Shown one piece after another: positions 1 to 10,457 of a stretch of 64,000 nt of DNA. The notes under the pieces were generated by a model. It saw only the letters and a list, made by a program, of their open reading frames with translations. It searched no databases and was not told the DNA's origin. A program made the position numbers and the translations under genes. The stretch's first letter is position 1; the number at the start of each line of letters is the position of its first letter. Source of the DNA: an uncultured candidate division Zixibacteria bacterium (GTDB taxonomy: Bacteria > Zixibacteria > MSB-5A5 > SM1-73); assembly GCA_903908285.1 (NCBI GenBank), contig CAIVRH010000023.1:25052-89051 (forward strand), given 5' to 3'.

Positions 1-1
1 A

Positions 2-505
2 AAGGAAGCTTCGAACCTTTTCAATTATGGACAGAACGTTACTATCACCATAACCTCGACAGAGGATAATTTCAGTCTGACAGCTTCTCGTCACATTCCG
101 GGGAATTTTTATATCAATGATCTTCCCCTGCCTGGTGATACCCTAAATCCTGCAGGGCAAGAAGTTCCTTTCACCTGGAATGTTTCCAGCAATGCCTCTG
201 GCTACTTTTTTAGCGTTATCAGACCGGATACGACACCGGGAGTGGTCGGTTATGCAGCATTAGATATACTTAATGATAAATCGGAAACAATCCCACTGGA
301 TGCTTTTAGAACCAGTCAAGGCACCTTGGTATATGGAAGATACGAAGTTTATGTTATCGCTTACAATCAGACTTTTACGGATTACCAGGGAATGATATTC
401 GAATTACCAGCAGGACTGCCTGGTGATAATTTGGGGAATGCAAATGGAATCATTGGAGCTGGAGTTGTCGCTTCAAAGAAGCGTATCAGCGTAGTTACCC
501 AATAA
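2..505 (+). CDS. 3' end of a CDS that begins upstream of the window (hypothetical protein, C-terminal fragment)
   Basis: Frame 2 is open from position 2 with no stop until 503-505; the track shows only the part after an internal Met (242..505). No recognisable domain. Confidence 0.4.
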   Translation, partial: KEASNLFNYGQNVTITITSTEDNFSLTASRHIPGNFYINDLPLPGDTLNPAGQEVPFTWNVSSNASGYFFSVIRPDTTPGVVGYAALDILNDKSETIPLDAFRTSQGTLVYGRYEVYVIAYNQTFTDYQGMIFELPAGLPGDNLGNANGIIGAGVVASKKRISVVTQ

Positions 506-535
506 TATAGAGCACCAAAATAAGGAGAAAAGAGT

Positions 536-868
536 ATGCCTTTCTGTCCCAACTGCAAGTATGAATACAACAAGGATATCAAAGAGTGTCCGGATTGCGG
601 AGCACCGCTGATAGACAAGCTTCCTGAAGAATCTTTTGAGGATTCGGAATATGTCCCTTTAAGAAGCCTTCCATCCCGGCTTTATGCGGAGATGCTGGCG
701 GAGGCATTAAAAAAAGAGGGGATACCATCCATGATCAAAGGGGATGATGTGGGGATCATGCTGGGAAGCTACAGCACCACTTCTCCGGTGAAGGTTACCA
801 TCTGGGTGCCGGAAGGGGATGTGGATAGATGTGAAGAGATAGCCAACCAGATGCTGGATCATATCTAG
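536..868 (+). CDS. zinc-ribbon protein with a DUF2007-like (putative signal-transducing, PII-like) C-terminal domain
   Basis: N-terminal CPNC...CPDC zinc ribbon. The C-terminal part (EGIPSMIKGDD...VKVTIWVPEGDVDRCEEIANQML) matches the DUF2007 pattern (EGIP....VPEEDAERAREIL). RBS AAGGAGAAAAG upstream. Confidence 0.55.
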   Translation: MPFCPNCKYEYNKDIKECPDCGAPLIDKLPEESFEDSEYVPLRSLPSRLYAEMLAEALKKEGIPSMIKGDDVGIMLGSYSTTSPVKVTIWVPEGDVDRCEEIANQMLDHI

Positions 869-966
869 GGTCAAGGGTCAAGGGTCCAGGGTCAAGGACC
901 AAGAGCCAAGAACCAAGAACATAGTCCTATTAACTATTACCTTTCACCTAACACCTAACACCTAAA
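868..966. repeat. intergenic microsatellites: degenerate (GGTCAAG)n heptamer tract (868-920) and (CACCTAA)x3 (945-965)
   Basis: Direct reading: gggtcaagggtcaagggtccagggtcaaggaccaagagccaagaaccaagaac ... cacctaacacctaacacctaa, lying between two paralogous genes. Confidence 0.8.
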
Positions 967-968
967 TC

Positions 969-1352
969 ATGCCCTTCTGTCCCAAGTGTCGATACGAATA
1001 CAAACCTGAGATATGGGAATGCCCGGACTGCGGAGTCCGTCTGGTGGAAAAACTGGAGGAAGAAGCACCAGAAGAAGAACTTATCACAGATGAATCAACT
1101 GAAATTAAAGATGAGGAATCTTTTAAGGACACAGATTTTGTCCCTCTGGCAACTTACAGAACCCGCTTATCTTCTGAAATCCTTCAGGAAGCTTTGGAAA
1201 GAGAAGGCATCCATTCGATTATTATTAATAGAGATGACATCGTTCGGGTAACGGACACCCGCTATCCTGTTTTCAAATTGATCATCTGGGTTCAAGACAA
1301 AGATTTTGAGAAAGCAAAAGAAATAGCAAACCATGCGATTGATGATCTCTGA
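969..1352 (+). CDS. zinc-ribbon/DUF2007-like protein, tandem paralog of 536..868
   Basis: The first 25 aa are nearly identical (MPFCPKCRYEYKPEIWECPDCGVRL), the domain order is the same, and there is an acidic linker insertion. Confidence 0.55.
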   Translation: MPFCPKCRYEYKPEIWECPDCGVRLVEKLEEEAPEEELITDESTEIKDEESFKDTDFVPLATYRTRLSSEILQEALEREGIHSIIINRDDIVRVTDTRYPVFKLIIWVQDKDFEKAKEIANHAIDDL

Positions 1353-1547
1353 TCTTTAAGTCCCCCTCCACTTTGAACCGATTTACCTTCCCCTCGAATA
1401 GGTTTATTTACCGATAAATTAAAATTGATCTTGTGGCAATGGCAGAGCTGGCTCGATTTTTTTTAAGCTATAAGCCAAACCAACATACTGGTAGCTATTT
1501 CCAGAAAATTCTAATTTACTGATATCATCTGTCGATAAATCCATTGT

Positions 1548-3374
1548 ATGGCTTCTATCAAAGAGAAAAATATATCCAAATACGGACCGGATGATGAAAT
1601 TTCCGCCAAGATCGCAGAAATCGAAGTAGATCCGGTAGTTTTGGAATCGGTAAAACGCTTACTCCAGCTACTGAATAACACATTAAAGAGTCTGCAGATA
1701 TACCCCAAAAACAATCCTCTCCCCAAAGAATTTAAGAAGAAACTCTATGTTGGCTTAAATGAATTCCTGGATTCAAACGACGAGCTTAAGCTGGATATCG
1801 AATCCTCTCAGATGATGTTGGACCAAAGGGTGGTATATGAGGACGGTGAGAGAGAAGAGGGGATGTCTTATATCCTGCATAGAGATGGGATAAGAGAACT
1901 GGTTTTCCTCAAAGGGTTGGATCCAGGGGAGATCGACGATTTTATCGAAGTAATGGAAAGCGGACTGGGTTCCAAGGAGTTGGAAGAGGATTTGGTGACC
2001 CTGTTATGGGAAAAAGACTTTAACCACATCAAATATCTGGTGGTGGATGATCTTTTGGATGTACAAGTTCCTACGGCAGAAGAGATCCCGGATAGTTGGG
2101 ATTTCCACCGGCTTTTTTCTTCGGAGATAGCACCGGTTAAACAAGAAATCGCAGTGGATTTAGATCCAACTGCTTTGACCCAGCAGGAACAGACCAAAGA
2201 GCTTTTGAAGAAACTAAAAGAGTACTCACCCGAGGAGATCGAAAATATCCAAAAGCTATTGGAATTGGATGAAGGATATCAATATTTAGATGAGTTTTTC
2301 GACATATTAACCGAAATTTGGATGGTTGAGCCGGATTTTTCCGAGTTTGACTTGACCATGGAGGCGGTGGAGAAGATCATCGATGTAATCATCACCATAG
2401 CCGATTTCTCATCTGCCTCAAAAATTATGGGAAGACTTAGGAAATTGGAGGAAATGATGCGCAAATCATCTTCTCCCTCCGATTCCTTACAAGCGAAAAA
2501 GGCGGAAAGAACCAGGCAGGTGATCGATAGGGCGGGGGATGAGGAGAGGATAAAGAAAATTTCCCAAATCCTAAACGAGAAGGAAAACATAGACTTGCTC
2601 TCGGTAAAGGAATATCTGTTTACCTTGAACTGGAACTCCATTCCTTTCATCCTGCATATGCTCCGAGAGCTCAAAGAATTTCTAGCCCGGAAGATGGTGT
2701 GCGATATATTGGTGGCGAAAGGGAAAGATAAGCTGGAGATCGTAAAAGACGGGTTATCGGATGGGCGGTGGTATGTGACGCGAAACGTGATCTGGATTAT
2801 CGGAGGAATCGGTGCAGCCGAGGGAGTGAAGTTCCTTAAACCACTTGTTCGTCACCCGGATCTGAGAATAAGAAAGGAAATCATCACCTCCCTGATAAAA
2901 ATCCCGGGACCTGAAGCAGGAGCTCTATTAGTCTTACTTTTGGAGGATGAAGATAAAAGGATACGAAGTTTAGCCTGTTTAGGCTTGACTAAGAGGAAAG
3001 AGAGGGGAGCTTTACCTGCATTAATGGCAATTTTAAAGGATGAGGAGTTCAGAGACAAATCCCCCGACGAAAAAAAATATATGATTGAGTCTTACGCTTC
3101 CATCGGCAGAGATGAAGCTATCCCGCTTTTGGTCAATATGATTAACCGGCGGAGCTGGCTGAAAAGAGACAAGCACAACGAAACCCGGATTTTTGCCATC
3201 GGAGCTTTGGGTTTAATCGACTCCATTAAAGCAAAAGAAGCTTTACTTCTTCTCCATAAAAAGAGGAACAAGGTTTTAAGAAATGCTTGTGAAGAAAACT
3301 TGCGGAGATTGGAATTGCGTCAAGCCAGAGGGGGGGATGGCCGCTCCCGACGGGAAAGCGTTATTTCCGAATGA
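1548..3374 (+). CDS. HEAT-repeat (PBS-lyase-like) protein
   Basis: The C-terminal third has repeated ~30-aa HEAT/PBS-lyase-type units (DLRIRKEIITSL..., DKRIRSLACLGL..., ALPALMAIL...). The N-terminal part is unknown. Confidence 0.5.
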   Translation: MASIKEKNISKYGPDDEISAKIAEIEVDPVVLESVKRLLQLLNNTLKSLQIYPKNNPLPKEFKKKLYVGLNEFLDSNDELKLDIESSQMMLDQRVVYEDGEREEGMSYILHRDGIRELVFLKGLDPGEIDDFIEVMESGLGSKELEEDLVTLLWEKDFNHIKYLVVDDLLDVQVPTAEEIPDSWDFHRLFSSEIAPVKQEIAVDLDPTALTQQEQTKELLKKLKEYSPEEIENIQKLLELDEGYQYLDEFFDILTEIWMVEPDFSEFDLTMEAVEKIIDVIITIADFSSASKIMGRLRKLEEMMRKSSSPSDSLQAKKAERTRQVIDRAGDEERIKKISQILNEKENIDLLSVKEYLFTLNWNSIPFILHMLRELKEFLARKMVCDILVAKGKDKLEIVKDGLSDGRWYVTRNVIWIIGGIGAAEGVKFLKPLVRHPDLRIRKEIITSLIKIPGPEAGALLVLLLEDEDKRIRSLACLGLTKRKERGALPALMAILKDEEFRDKSPDEKKYMIESYASIGRDEAIPLLVNMINRRSWLKRDKHNETRIFAIGALGLIDSIKAKEALLLLHKKRNKVLRNACEENLRRLELRQARGGDGRSRRESVISE

Positions 3375-4869
3375 AGGAGATCATTTGACTTTGCCCAGTC
3401 CAACCGTAACCAAAGAGAGAAGCACGCCGGGGGAGCGGAAAATTACCCCCAAGCCAAAGCCTTACCTTCAGGAACAGGGGAAAAGCCTGATCAATCAGCT
3501 TTCTATCTCCATCCGAATTGCTCAGATATATGACCGGGAAAACTCGGTTTTTCTAAAGCAAATGGAGAATCTGTTTAATTTGGTTTCCTCTTTGCTGGAA
3601 AAGGAGCAGGTGCTAAATATAAATTCGAAACAGGGCTATTTGTTCGTGAATGAAGCCAGATTGAAATTCAGTTTGGATGGATATGTGGCCAGCAAGTTCA
3701 TTATGGAAACTTTCAGAAAATTCGGATTTGAAAGCTTGCTTATCGATACCCCGGTTAGCCAGCAGGAGATAGATGAGTTTATCTTCATTTTGGCGCAGGC
3801 AAATGCGGAGGGGGAAGATCCTTTTGAAAGATTGCAAAATAAACTCCTCTCTTCCAACCTCCAGCATATTCGCATAGAAAAGTTCGCTTCCGACTGGGAG
3901 ATGGGGGATGATTCCTCGCCGGAGAATCAAAAAAAACAGGCCAAGAGAAGATTTTTTAAAACCATCTCTGTGGCGCAAGAGATGGTGGAGTCGGTCAAAA
4001 CCGGACGAAGCATAAATACCACCAAAAGCAAGAGAGCCATACAGTTTTTAATCGACCAGCTGATCAAGAATGAAACCAATTTAATGAGCTTGACCGCCAT
4101 CAAAAATTTCGACGAGTATACATTTGCCCATTCGGTCAACGTCTGTATCCTGTCCGTCTCCCTGGGTGCCCGACTGGGACTTTCCAAGGGGAAATTGAGC
4201 GAGTTGGGATTTGCGGCACTGTTCCACGACATCGGAAAGGTGAGACTGCCTTTGAATATACTTAACAAACCGGGAGAACTGAATGAGGAAGAATGGATGG
4301 AGGTAAGAAAACATCCGGTATTCGGTGTCAAAACCCTCCTTTCCAAGCGAAGCATAGACCGCTTTTCCACTAGAGCCATGGTGGTCTCTTTTGAGCATCA
4401 TCTGAAACCGGATCTTTCGGGTTATCCCCCGCTCAGTTTCAAAAAAGGAATAAATATGTGCAGTCGCATAGTCACTATAGCAGATGTATACGACTCCATG
4501 ACCTCAGGGCGGGTTTATACCAAGACGCCGATGATCCCGGATGAGGCCTTAAGAAAGATGCTGCAGGAAGAGGGAAAAGCTTATGATCCGGTGCTTTTGA
4601 AAGTTTTCATAAATATGCTGGGAATCTACCCGGTCGGCTCGGTGGTAATCCTGGATACGGGTGAAGTGGGGGTGGTGATGAAGGCGAACCCGGTGGAGCT
4701 TTCCCGTCCAGAGGTGGCGATCATCGCAGATAGTACCGGGAAAAAGGAAAAAATCGATACGGTGGATTTAACCAAAACCGATGAAGCTACCGGAAAATAT
4801 ACCAGAGCCATATTGAAGACCATCGATCCACGGCAATATGATCTGGATATCGCCCGGTATATTTATTAA
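3337..4869 (+). CDS. HD-GYP domain cyclic-di-GMP phosphodiesterase-like protein
   Basis: HD motif (FHDIGKV), HHLKPDLSGYP (the GYP motif) and KHPVFG. The track ORF starts at 3283 and overlaps the upstream gene; I placed the start at the in-frame Met at 3337 (uncertain). Confidence 0.7.
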   Translation: MAAPDGKALFPNEGDHLTLPSPTVTKERSTPGERKITPKPKPYLQEQGKSLINQLSISIRIAQIYDRENSVFLKQMENLFNLVSSLLEKEQVLNINSKQGYLFVNEARLKFSLDGYVASKFIMETFRKFGFESLLIDTPVSQQEIDEFIFILAQANAEGEDPFERLQNKLLSSNLQHIRIEKFASDWEMGDDSSPENQKKQAKRRFFKTISVAQEMVESVKTGRSINTTKSKRAIQFLIDQLIKNETNLMSLTAIKNFDEYTFAHSVNVCILSVSLGARLGLSKGKLSELGFAALFHDIGKVRLPLNILNKPGELNEEEWMEVRKHPVFGVKTLLSKRSIDRFSTRAMVVSFEHHLKPDLSGYPPLSFKKGINMCSRIVTIADVYDSMTSGRVYTKTPMIPDEALRKMLQEEGKAYDPVLLKVFINMLGIYPVGSVVILDTGEVGVVMKANPVELSRPEVAIIADSTGKKEKIDTVDLTKTDEATGKYTRAILKTIDPRQYDLDIARYIY

Positions 4870-4916
4870 AGCAAAGAGTTAAGAGTATAGAGTCCTGAGT
4901 TGAGAGAGAAGGTTTT

Positions 4917-5456
4917 TCAAATCGGGAGTTTGAGCACAATCCTCATAGTAATCCCACCATTAGCTTCAGGAATCAGACTAATAGACAAATCCCTCACCTT
5001 TTCCTGGTCGAAATGATACAGCTGGGCATCCACGTAGGCATCGAACATGCTCAGGAAAACCACTCCGGCAGTGATCCACAAGAAAAGATTTCTTCTGTCT
5101 TCATAGAATCTGTATTGATCGAATTCCCAATAGCGGTCCGGGTAGCTGGGATTTTGGAAATTCTTTTTATGCGGGCTCATCCGGCTCCAATCTACAGCCG
5201 CCAAGGTGATGAAAGTTGCCTCCGTCCCAAACACCACTATCCCCTTAAGATACTTCCGGTTGTAGAATTGGCCTCCCCCAGGAAAAACCACGGATCTTAG
5301 AAGCGCCCCGGTGGGAGATTTTCCTTTCATCAAAGTATCCGGCTCGGAAACCTTCGCTTTAGTCGAATCCTGGCTGGTTTGACCAAAGCTGTGATTATTT
5401 GGAAGAAATACTAACCAGCAAAAACTTAAGAACAAAAAAGTCAGATACTTCATCAT
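4917..5456 (-). CDS. DUF5683-family secreted/membrane protein
   Basis: Signal peptide (MMKYLTFLFLSFCWLVFL), FPGGGQFYNRKYLKG matching the DUF5683 PGxGQxYNxKYxK signature, and a C-terminal TM segment. Confidence 0.6.
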   Translation of the reverse strand: MMKYLTFLFLSFCWLVFLPNNHSFGQTSQDSTKAKVSEPDTLMKGKSPTGALLRSVVFPGGGQFYNRKYLKGIVVFGTEATFITLAAVDWSRMSPHKKNFQNPSYPDRYWEFDQYRFYEDRRNLFLWITAGVVFLSMFDAYVDAQLYHFDQEKVRDLSISLIPEANGGITMRIVLKLPI

Positions 5457-5778
5457 ACCTCTAAGTCCACGAGCACTAAAGTTATTCCCAATAAAGCATC
5501 AACCAAGATAAAAATAGATGCAGGAGAACACAACAATTTTCTTGAATTTATAATTCCACTGATTAATATTGGTATGATGATGCAAAATTTAAACTCAGAG
5601 ATTGTCAGTCCATTAAATACCTGGGTACTTTGGGTAGATTGTCCATTCGGATTCGTTGGGTTATCATCTTTAGAAAAATGACAAGAATGGGTTCGTCTCT
5701 TTTAGCTATAAACAACGGATGATAACATTCACTTTGAGCAAGTAATCGAGAAATAGAACTGATTTACAATTCTTTCAA

Positions 5779-7299
5779 ATGAGCAAAAACATATCCCTGG
5801 TGCAATCGAACGGTAAAGGCGATTCTCACTTCAGAGAATATGTGTTTATCGTTTGTGCCGGGCTTTTAGTTTTTTCACCTAGCTTATTTAACTTCTTCAA
5901 CTCGGATGACTTCGCGTGGATAAGTCGCGGGGCTAATCTATCTTTGAAGGATTTGCTGCATAATGCCGAAAGCGTAAGCTATAATAGATTTCGTCCATTG
6001 GTTCCAGTTTTTTTCGCCATTTTATACCGATTATTCGGATTGTCTCCCTGGGGATATCATTTCTGCAGTATAACACTACATGTATTCAATGCTCTGCTAT
6101 TCTATCGCTTAGTTTTACATCTCTTTCTTAACAAAGAGATCGCTTTTCTATCCGCTGTAATATTTGTCACCCATTTTGCTCATGAGGAAACGGTTTTCTG
6201 GATATCCAGCAATTGTATCCTATGTTGCTGGTTTTTTTCCCTGTCATCTCTTTTAGGCTTTATAAAATGGTTAAAAAGCGGAAATAGCTGGTTTTATTTT
6301 CTATCCCTGGGTTTGGTCACCATGGCATTCTTTTTCAGGGAGGACGCATTGATTTTACCTTTGATTCTCTTACTGATTATTGGATTTAGGTTTTCACGAT
6401 CAAATCGAGAGACTGCCAAGAACTTCAATCGCAGCTCATTGTCAAAGACCATACTAAGTCTGGTACCATATTTCCTCTTGATACCTATCTATCTGTATCT
6501 GAGAAGAATTTGCTTCCCACATCTTCAATTTATTGGGCTTTTGTCTTTTAATCCCATCAATTTATTAAGAAACTCTGTTTATTTCATTCTTAATCTTACA
6601 TTCCCGGTGAGACTAATTTTCGATGTGCTGGGATATCAACATTCTGGAACAATAAATCTCATGGTTAACAGTATCCGCTCTGACTGGATAATGGCCATAG
6701 CCGGTCTATTGGTAGTAGCATTTTCGGTTCTGGTTTTCTGGTTGTGGTTAAAAAAGGGGAGCAGGGTTTTGAAGCAATTGACCATGGTGTTTATTCTTTT
6801 CCTTTCGCCAAGTCTTCTCACCATAGGATATGGGCTCAGATTCACCTATATGCCTCTATTGGGATTCGCCCCGTTGGCAACTTATTTTATACTTTACCTA
6901 GTTAAACAAGCCAATAAAAAGAAACTAATGTTAGGAAGACATTATATGATTATGCTTATACTCGTAATTTTAGTTTTCAATTTCCTTATTTCATTTGAGC
7001 GACAGCAGTGGTGGAGAGAAACAGGAGGTATCTGCCAGAAAACAATAGCCCAAGCGGGAACGGTCTTGTCATCTCTGCCTGAAGGCTCAACCGTCTGCTT
7101 CCAGGATTTGCCCACCCGATTACATGGTGCTTACATTTTCAACAACGGCTTTATTGAGGCTATGAATTTATATTATCCCTCGTATAACCAGGCGATAGCC
7201 ATAGGAGACAGCAGTAGTCCTTGTTTACAGGATAAAGAGGTGGGGAAAAATCAGCATGGATTCAAATATGACAACGGTGGATTTTTTCAGTTATTTTAA
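5779..7299 (+). CDS. polytopic membrane protein, GT-C-fold glycosyltransferase-like (PMT/ArnT-like)
   Basis: >10 predicted TM helices. Acidic loop motif NSDDFAW after TM1 and FFREDALILP as in GT-C (PMT/ArnT/YfhO-type) enzymes. Family assignment is tentative. Confidence 0.4.
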   Translation: MSKNISLVQSNGKGDSHFREYVFIVCAGLLVFSPSLFNFFNSDDFAWISRGANLSLKDLLHNAESVSYNRFRPLVPVFFAILYRLFGLSPWGYHFCSITLHVFNALLFYRLVLHLFLNKEIAFLSAVIFVTHFAHEETVFWISSNCILCCWFFSLSSLLGFIKWLKSGNSWFYFLSLGLVTMAFFFREDALILPLILLLIIGFRFSRSNRETAKNFNRSSLSKTILSLVPYFLLIPIYLYLRRICFPHLQFIGLLSFNPINLLRNSVYFILNLTFPVRLIFDVLGYQHSGTINLMVNSIRSDWIMAIAGLLVVAFSVLVFWLWLKKGSRVLKQLTMVFILFLSPSLLTIGYGLRFTYMPLLGFAPLATYFILYLVKQANKKKLMLGRHYMIMLILVILVFNFLISFERQQWWRETGGICQKTIAQAGTVLSSLPEGSTVCFQDLPTRLHGAYIFNNGFIEAMNLYYPSYNQAIAIGDSSSPCLQDKEVGKNQHGFKYDNGGFFQLF

Positions 7300-7403
7300 A
7301 AAGAGAGATATAATTCCAAATCGTAATATTAGATACAATAATCTGAATGAATAACGGCCCGATGAACTGAGCTGCGATTACTAACTGGTATCTGAAATCT
7401 ATT

Positions 7404-8342
7404 ATGAGAGTTAAGGATGTTAAGAGGAGAATAGAAAAAGCAAATACGCTCTTAAAAGAGTGCATAGTCTGTCCCCGCAAGTGCAAGGTTAACCGGCTGA
7501 AGGGGGAGATCGGATTCTGCGGGATAGGTTCAAATCCCCGGGTGGCAAGCTATAATGTCCATCATGGGGAGGAGCCGCCTATTTCCGGGACCAAAGGATC
7601 GGGGACCATATTTTTCTCAGGCTGTAATTTGAGATGCTTGTATTGCCAGAATTTTCCCATCAGTCAGATAAGACATGGAAAGGAGATCGGAACAGAGGAA
7701 TTGGCAGATATGATGCTTTATCTCCAGTCCAAGGGGTGTCATAACATCAACTTCGTAACCCCTTCACACGTAGTTCCCCAAATCATCCAAGCCCTCTCTT
7801 TCGCCTGGGAGAAGGGATTTGAGCTTCCTTTGGTCTACAATACATCCGGATACGACAGTCTCCAATCCCTGCAACTTTTAGATGGGATAATCGATATATA
7901 TCTTCCGGATATGCGGTATTCAGACAACTCTGCCGCAAAACAGCTGTCTGGGGTGGATGACTATGTAGAGGTGAACCGGAGAGCAATAAAAGAGATGTAT
8001 CGGCAGGTGGGGAATCTGGTTGCCGGCGATAACGGCATCGCTCAAAAAGGATTGATCATACGGCATCTGATCTTGCCCAATAATTTAGCGGGAAGCGAAA
8101 AGACTTTCAAATTCATCCGTCAGGAAATTTCCGAGGAAGCTTATTTGAGTCTTTTGGGTCAATATTTCCCCAGCTTTAAAGCAGGGGAATGCGTATTAAT
8201 AGACAGGAAAATTACCCCGGTGGAATATGAATCTGCAGTGGAGAGCTTTTTTGAGTCGGGCTTGAGCCGGGGATGGATGCAGGACAGTTCGGTTTCGCCT
8301 GAAATCCCCAAAGCGAAATCGAAGAGAAGGAACCGGGCATGA
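7404..8342 (+). CDS. radical SAM protein, PflX/YjjW-like (putative activating enzyme)
   Basis: CNLRCLYCQN radical-SAM CxxxCxxC cluster with an N-terminal extra Cys-rich stretch (CPRKCKVN...FCG) typical of PflX-family activases. Confidence 0.6.
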   Translation: MRVKDVKRRIEKANTLLKECIVCPRKCKVNRLKGEIGFCGIGSNPRVASYNVHHGEEPPISGTKGSGTIFFSGCNLRCLYCQNFPISQIRHGKEIGTEELADMMLYLQSKGCHNINFVTPSHVVPQIIQALSFAWEKGFELPLVYNTSGYDSLQSLQLLDGIIDIYLPDMRYSDNSAAKQLSGVDDYVEVNRRAIKEMYRQVGNLVAGDNGIAQKGLIIRHLILPNNLAGSEKTFKFIRQEISEEAYLSLLGQYFPSFKAGECVLIDRKITPVEYESAVESFFESGLSRGWMQDSSVSPEIPKAKSKRRNRA

Positions 8343-10435
8343 GTTTAAGCGCTTGGAAGTATAGAATAACTATTTTATGCATATCTTTTCTCCTGTTTGG
8401 ATGTGCTTATTACAATACCCTGTATAATGCTAACAGATACTTCAGGGAGGGGGAGAAAGCTCAAAAAGGCGCTTCGGCGACTAATCGGCAAAGCGCGGGC
8501 AGCGCGCAATATGAGAGTGCCATAAAGAAAGCTTCCAAGGTTTTGACCTTCTATCCCAAAAGCAAATGGGCCGATGACGCTTTGTTTCTTATCGGAAGAG
8601 CCTACTTCAATATGGGGGAAGACGTCAAAGCCAAAAGGAAATTCGAAGAGTTAACTCAAAGCTTCCCTAAAAGTAAATTCATAGATGATTCGAGATATTA
8701 TATCAGTATGTGTCAATACAACTTAGGAGAAGAAGATGAAGCGATAAGCTCTTTGAGCGAGCTTTTGGATTCGAAGAAGACGGACAAAAAAAGAAAAGGT
8801 CAGGCTTCCTTTTGGATCGGCGAGATGCAATTCAAAAAAGAAGAATATGAAGATGCTATAACCAATTATGAGAAAACGTTAAACGAATTTGATCCGGATA
8901 CTCTCTCTGCAGTCACTCAGTTTCGCATCGGAGAATGTTTCTTGGCAAAAAAAGATTATCTTAAAGCGCAGGAGGCTTTTGCCCAGGTGGAGAAGCGTGA
9001 TCCCTCTAAGGATCTTTTGTTCGATTCCAAATTCAAAGTGGGAGAATGTTGTTACTGGTTGAGCGAATATCAGAAAGGTATGGATATATATGTAGCGCTT
9101 TCCCAGGACAAAAAATTCAGCAGCAAGCTTGCCGATGTTAGTTTAAAGATGGCAGAGGGATATAATTTTCTGGACGAATTGTCCCTGGCTATGAGATGGT
9201 ATACCCAGGTTACCGAGACTTATCCCAGAACCGAGGCATCCGCCAATGCTTATTTTCAGTTGGGCAGGATATATCAGGAGAAATTCGGAGACTTGGCGGA
9301 AGCCAAAAAGATGTTTGAAACCTGCAAGAGTGAAAATGCAAATTCCCCCATCGCCAAGGAGGCTTTGACCCGGAGTGCCAATATCTCCAAAATCGAGGAA
9401 TATCAAAAGGATTTATCGCAGGAAGATTCGACTAAATCCAGTATCACCTTGTTTCTTTTGGCTGAACTATATCTATTACAGATGAATCAACCCGACTCTG
9501 CACTGGATGAGTATATGACTTTAGTGGAAAAGTTTCCTCAATCCGAATATGCCCCCAAATCCCTTTACGCGGCTGCCTGGATTTGGGAAAATGTTAAAAA
9601 GGACTCCCTTGAAGCAGAGAAGATATATCGCCGAATTTTAAGTGAGTATCCCCAATCGGAATATGGGAAAATAGCACTTAAGTTTTTATCCGAAACCGGA
9701 TCCATAGGATATGCCCAACCCGATTCTTCGGATACTCTCAATCCGGAGAAGATCTACCGGCAGTCGGAAAGGCTTCTGTTTGAGGAAAACGATGTTTATT
9801 CTGCTTTGACTTTATACGATCTGATCATCGAGAAGTTTCCTCGAAGCCCCTATGCAGCAAAATCTCTCTATGCCAAGGCTTGGACCACCGAACATTTTTT
9901 AAACCCTGAAGACAGTTCCGTGATTTTGGCTTATAAAGATGTGATCGACAAGTATCCGGATTCCCAATATGCCCAGGACGCTAAAATTAAATTGGGACTT
10001 GCCCAAAAGGCTCAACCTCCTCCTCCACCACCACCCCAGACTACACCAGCTTTAGCAGACACGGCAGACACCACACAAACAGCTGCGGCTGACACCTCCG
10101 GACCCCTGTTTCCAAAAGCACCAGATCCACCACTCAAAAGGGGTGTGTTTGTGTATCCGGAAGAAGAACGCCTTTCCGGCATAAAGGGAACGGTGGTGCT
10201 GAAGATTCAGATTGGATTTGACGGGCTGGTGAAAGAAGCCGAGGTGGTTAATTCGTTAGGGAATCTGTGGATAGATGAAGCGGCTAAGAAGGCAGCTTTG
10301 AACACCACCTTTGATACTCAAAAGATGGACCCAACCGCATTGGGGGGGTGGTTTCTATATCCGGTAGAGGTTAAATCGCCTGATGAACAACCAGCGGACC
10401 ATAACGCTGATCCAACCCAACAACAGGGACAGTGA
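8339..10435 (+). CDS. TPR-repeat lipoprotein with a Pro-rich linker and a C-terminal TonB-C-like domain
   Basis: Signal/lipobox (LLFGCAYY), multiple TPR-like units, PPPPPPPPQTTP linker, and a C-terminal GVFVYPEEERLSGIKGTVVLKIQIGFDG...NTTFDT consistent with the TonB C-terminal fold. Confidence 0.6.
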   Translation: MSLSAWKYRITILCISFLLFGCAYYNTLYNANRYFREGEKAQKGASATNRQSAGSAQYESAIKKASKVLTFYPKSKWADDALFLIGRAYFNMGEDVKAKRKFEELTQSFPKSKFIDDSRYYISMCQYNLGEEDEAISSLSELLDSKKTDKKRKGQASFWIGEMQFKKEEYEDAITNYEKTLNEFDPDTLSAVTQFRIGECFLAKKDYLKAQEAFAQVEKRDPSKDLLFDSKFKVGECCYWLSEYQKGMDIYVALSQDKKFSSKLADVSLKMAEGYNFLDELSLAMRWYTQVTETYPRTEASANAYFQLGRIYQEKFGDLAEAKKMFETCKSENANSPIAKEALTRSANISKIEEYQKDLSQEDSTKSSITLFLLAELYLLQMNQPDSALDEYMTLVEKFPQSEYAPKSLYAAAWIWENVKKDSLEAEKIYRRILSEYPQSEYGKIALKFLSETGSIGYAQPDSSDTLNPEKIYRQSERLLFEENDVYSALTLYDLIIEKFPRSPYAAKSLYAKAWTTEHFLNPEDSSVILAYKDVIDKYPDSQYAQDAKIKLGLAQKAQPPPPPPPQTTPALADTADTTQTAAADTSGPLFPKAPDPPLKRGVFVYPEEERLSGIKGTVVLKIQIGFDGLVKEAEVVNSLGNLWIDEAAKKAALNTTFDTQKMDPTALGGWFLYPVEVKSPDEQPADHNADPTQQQGQ

Positions 10436-10457
10436 ACCACCTTTGGCTAATAGATAT

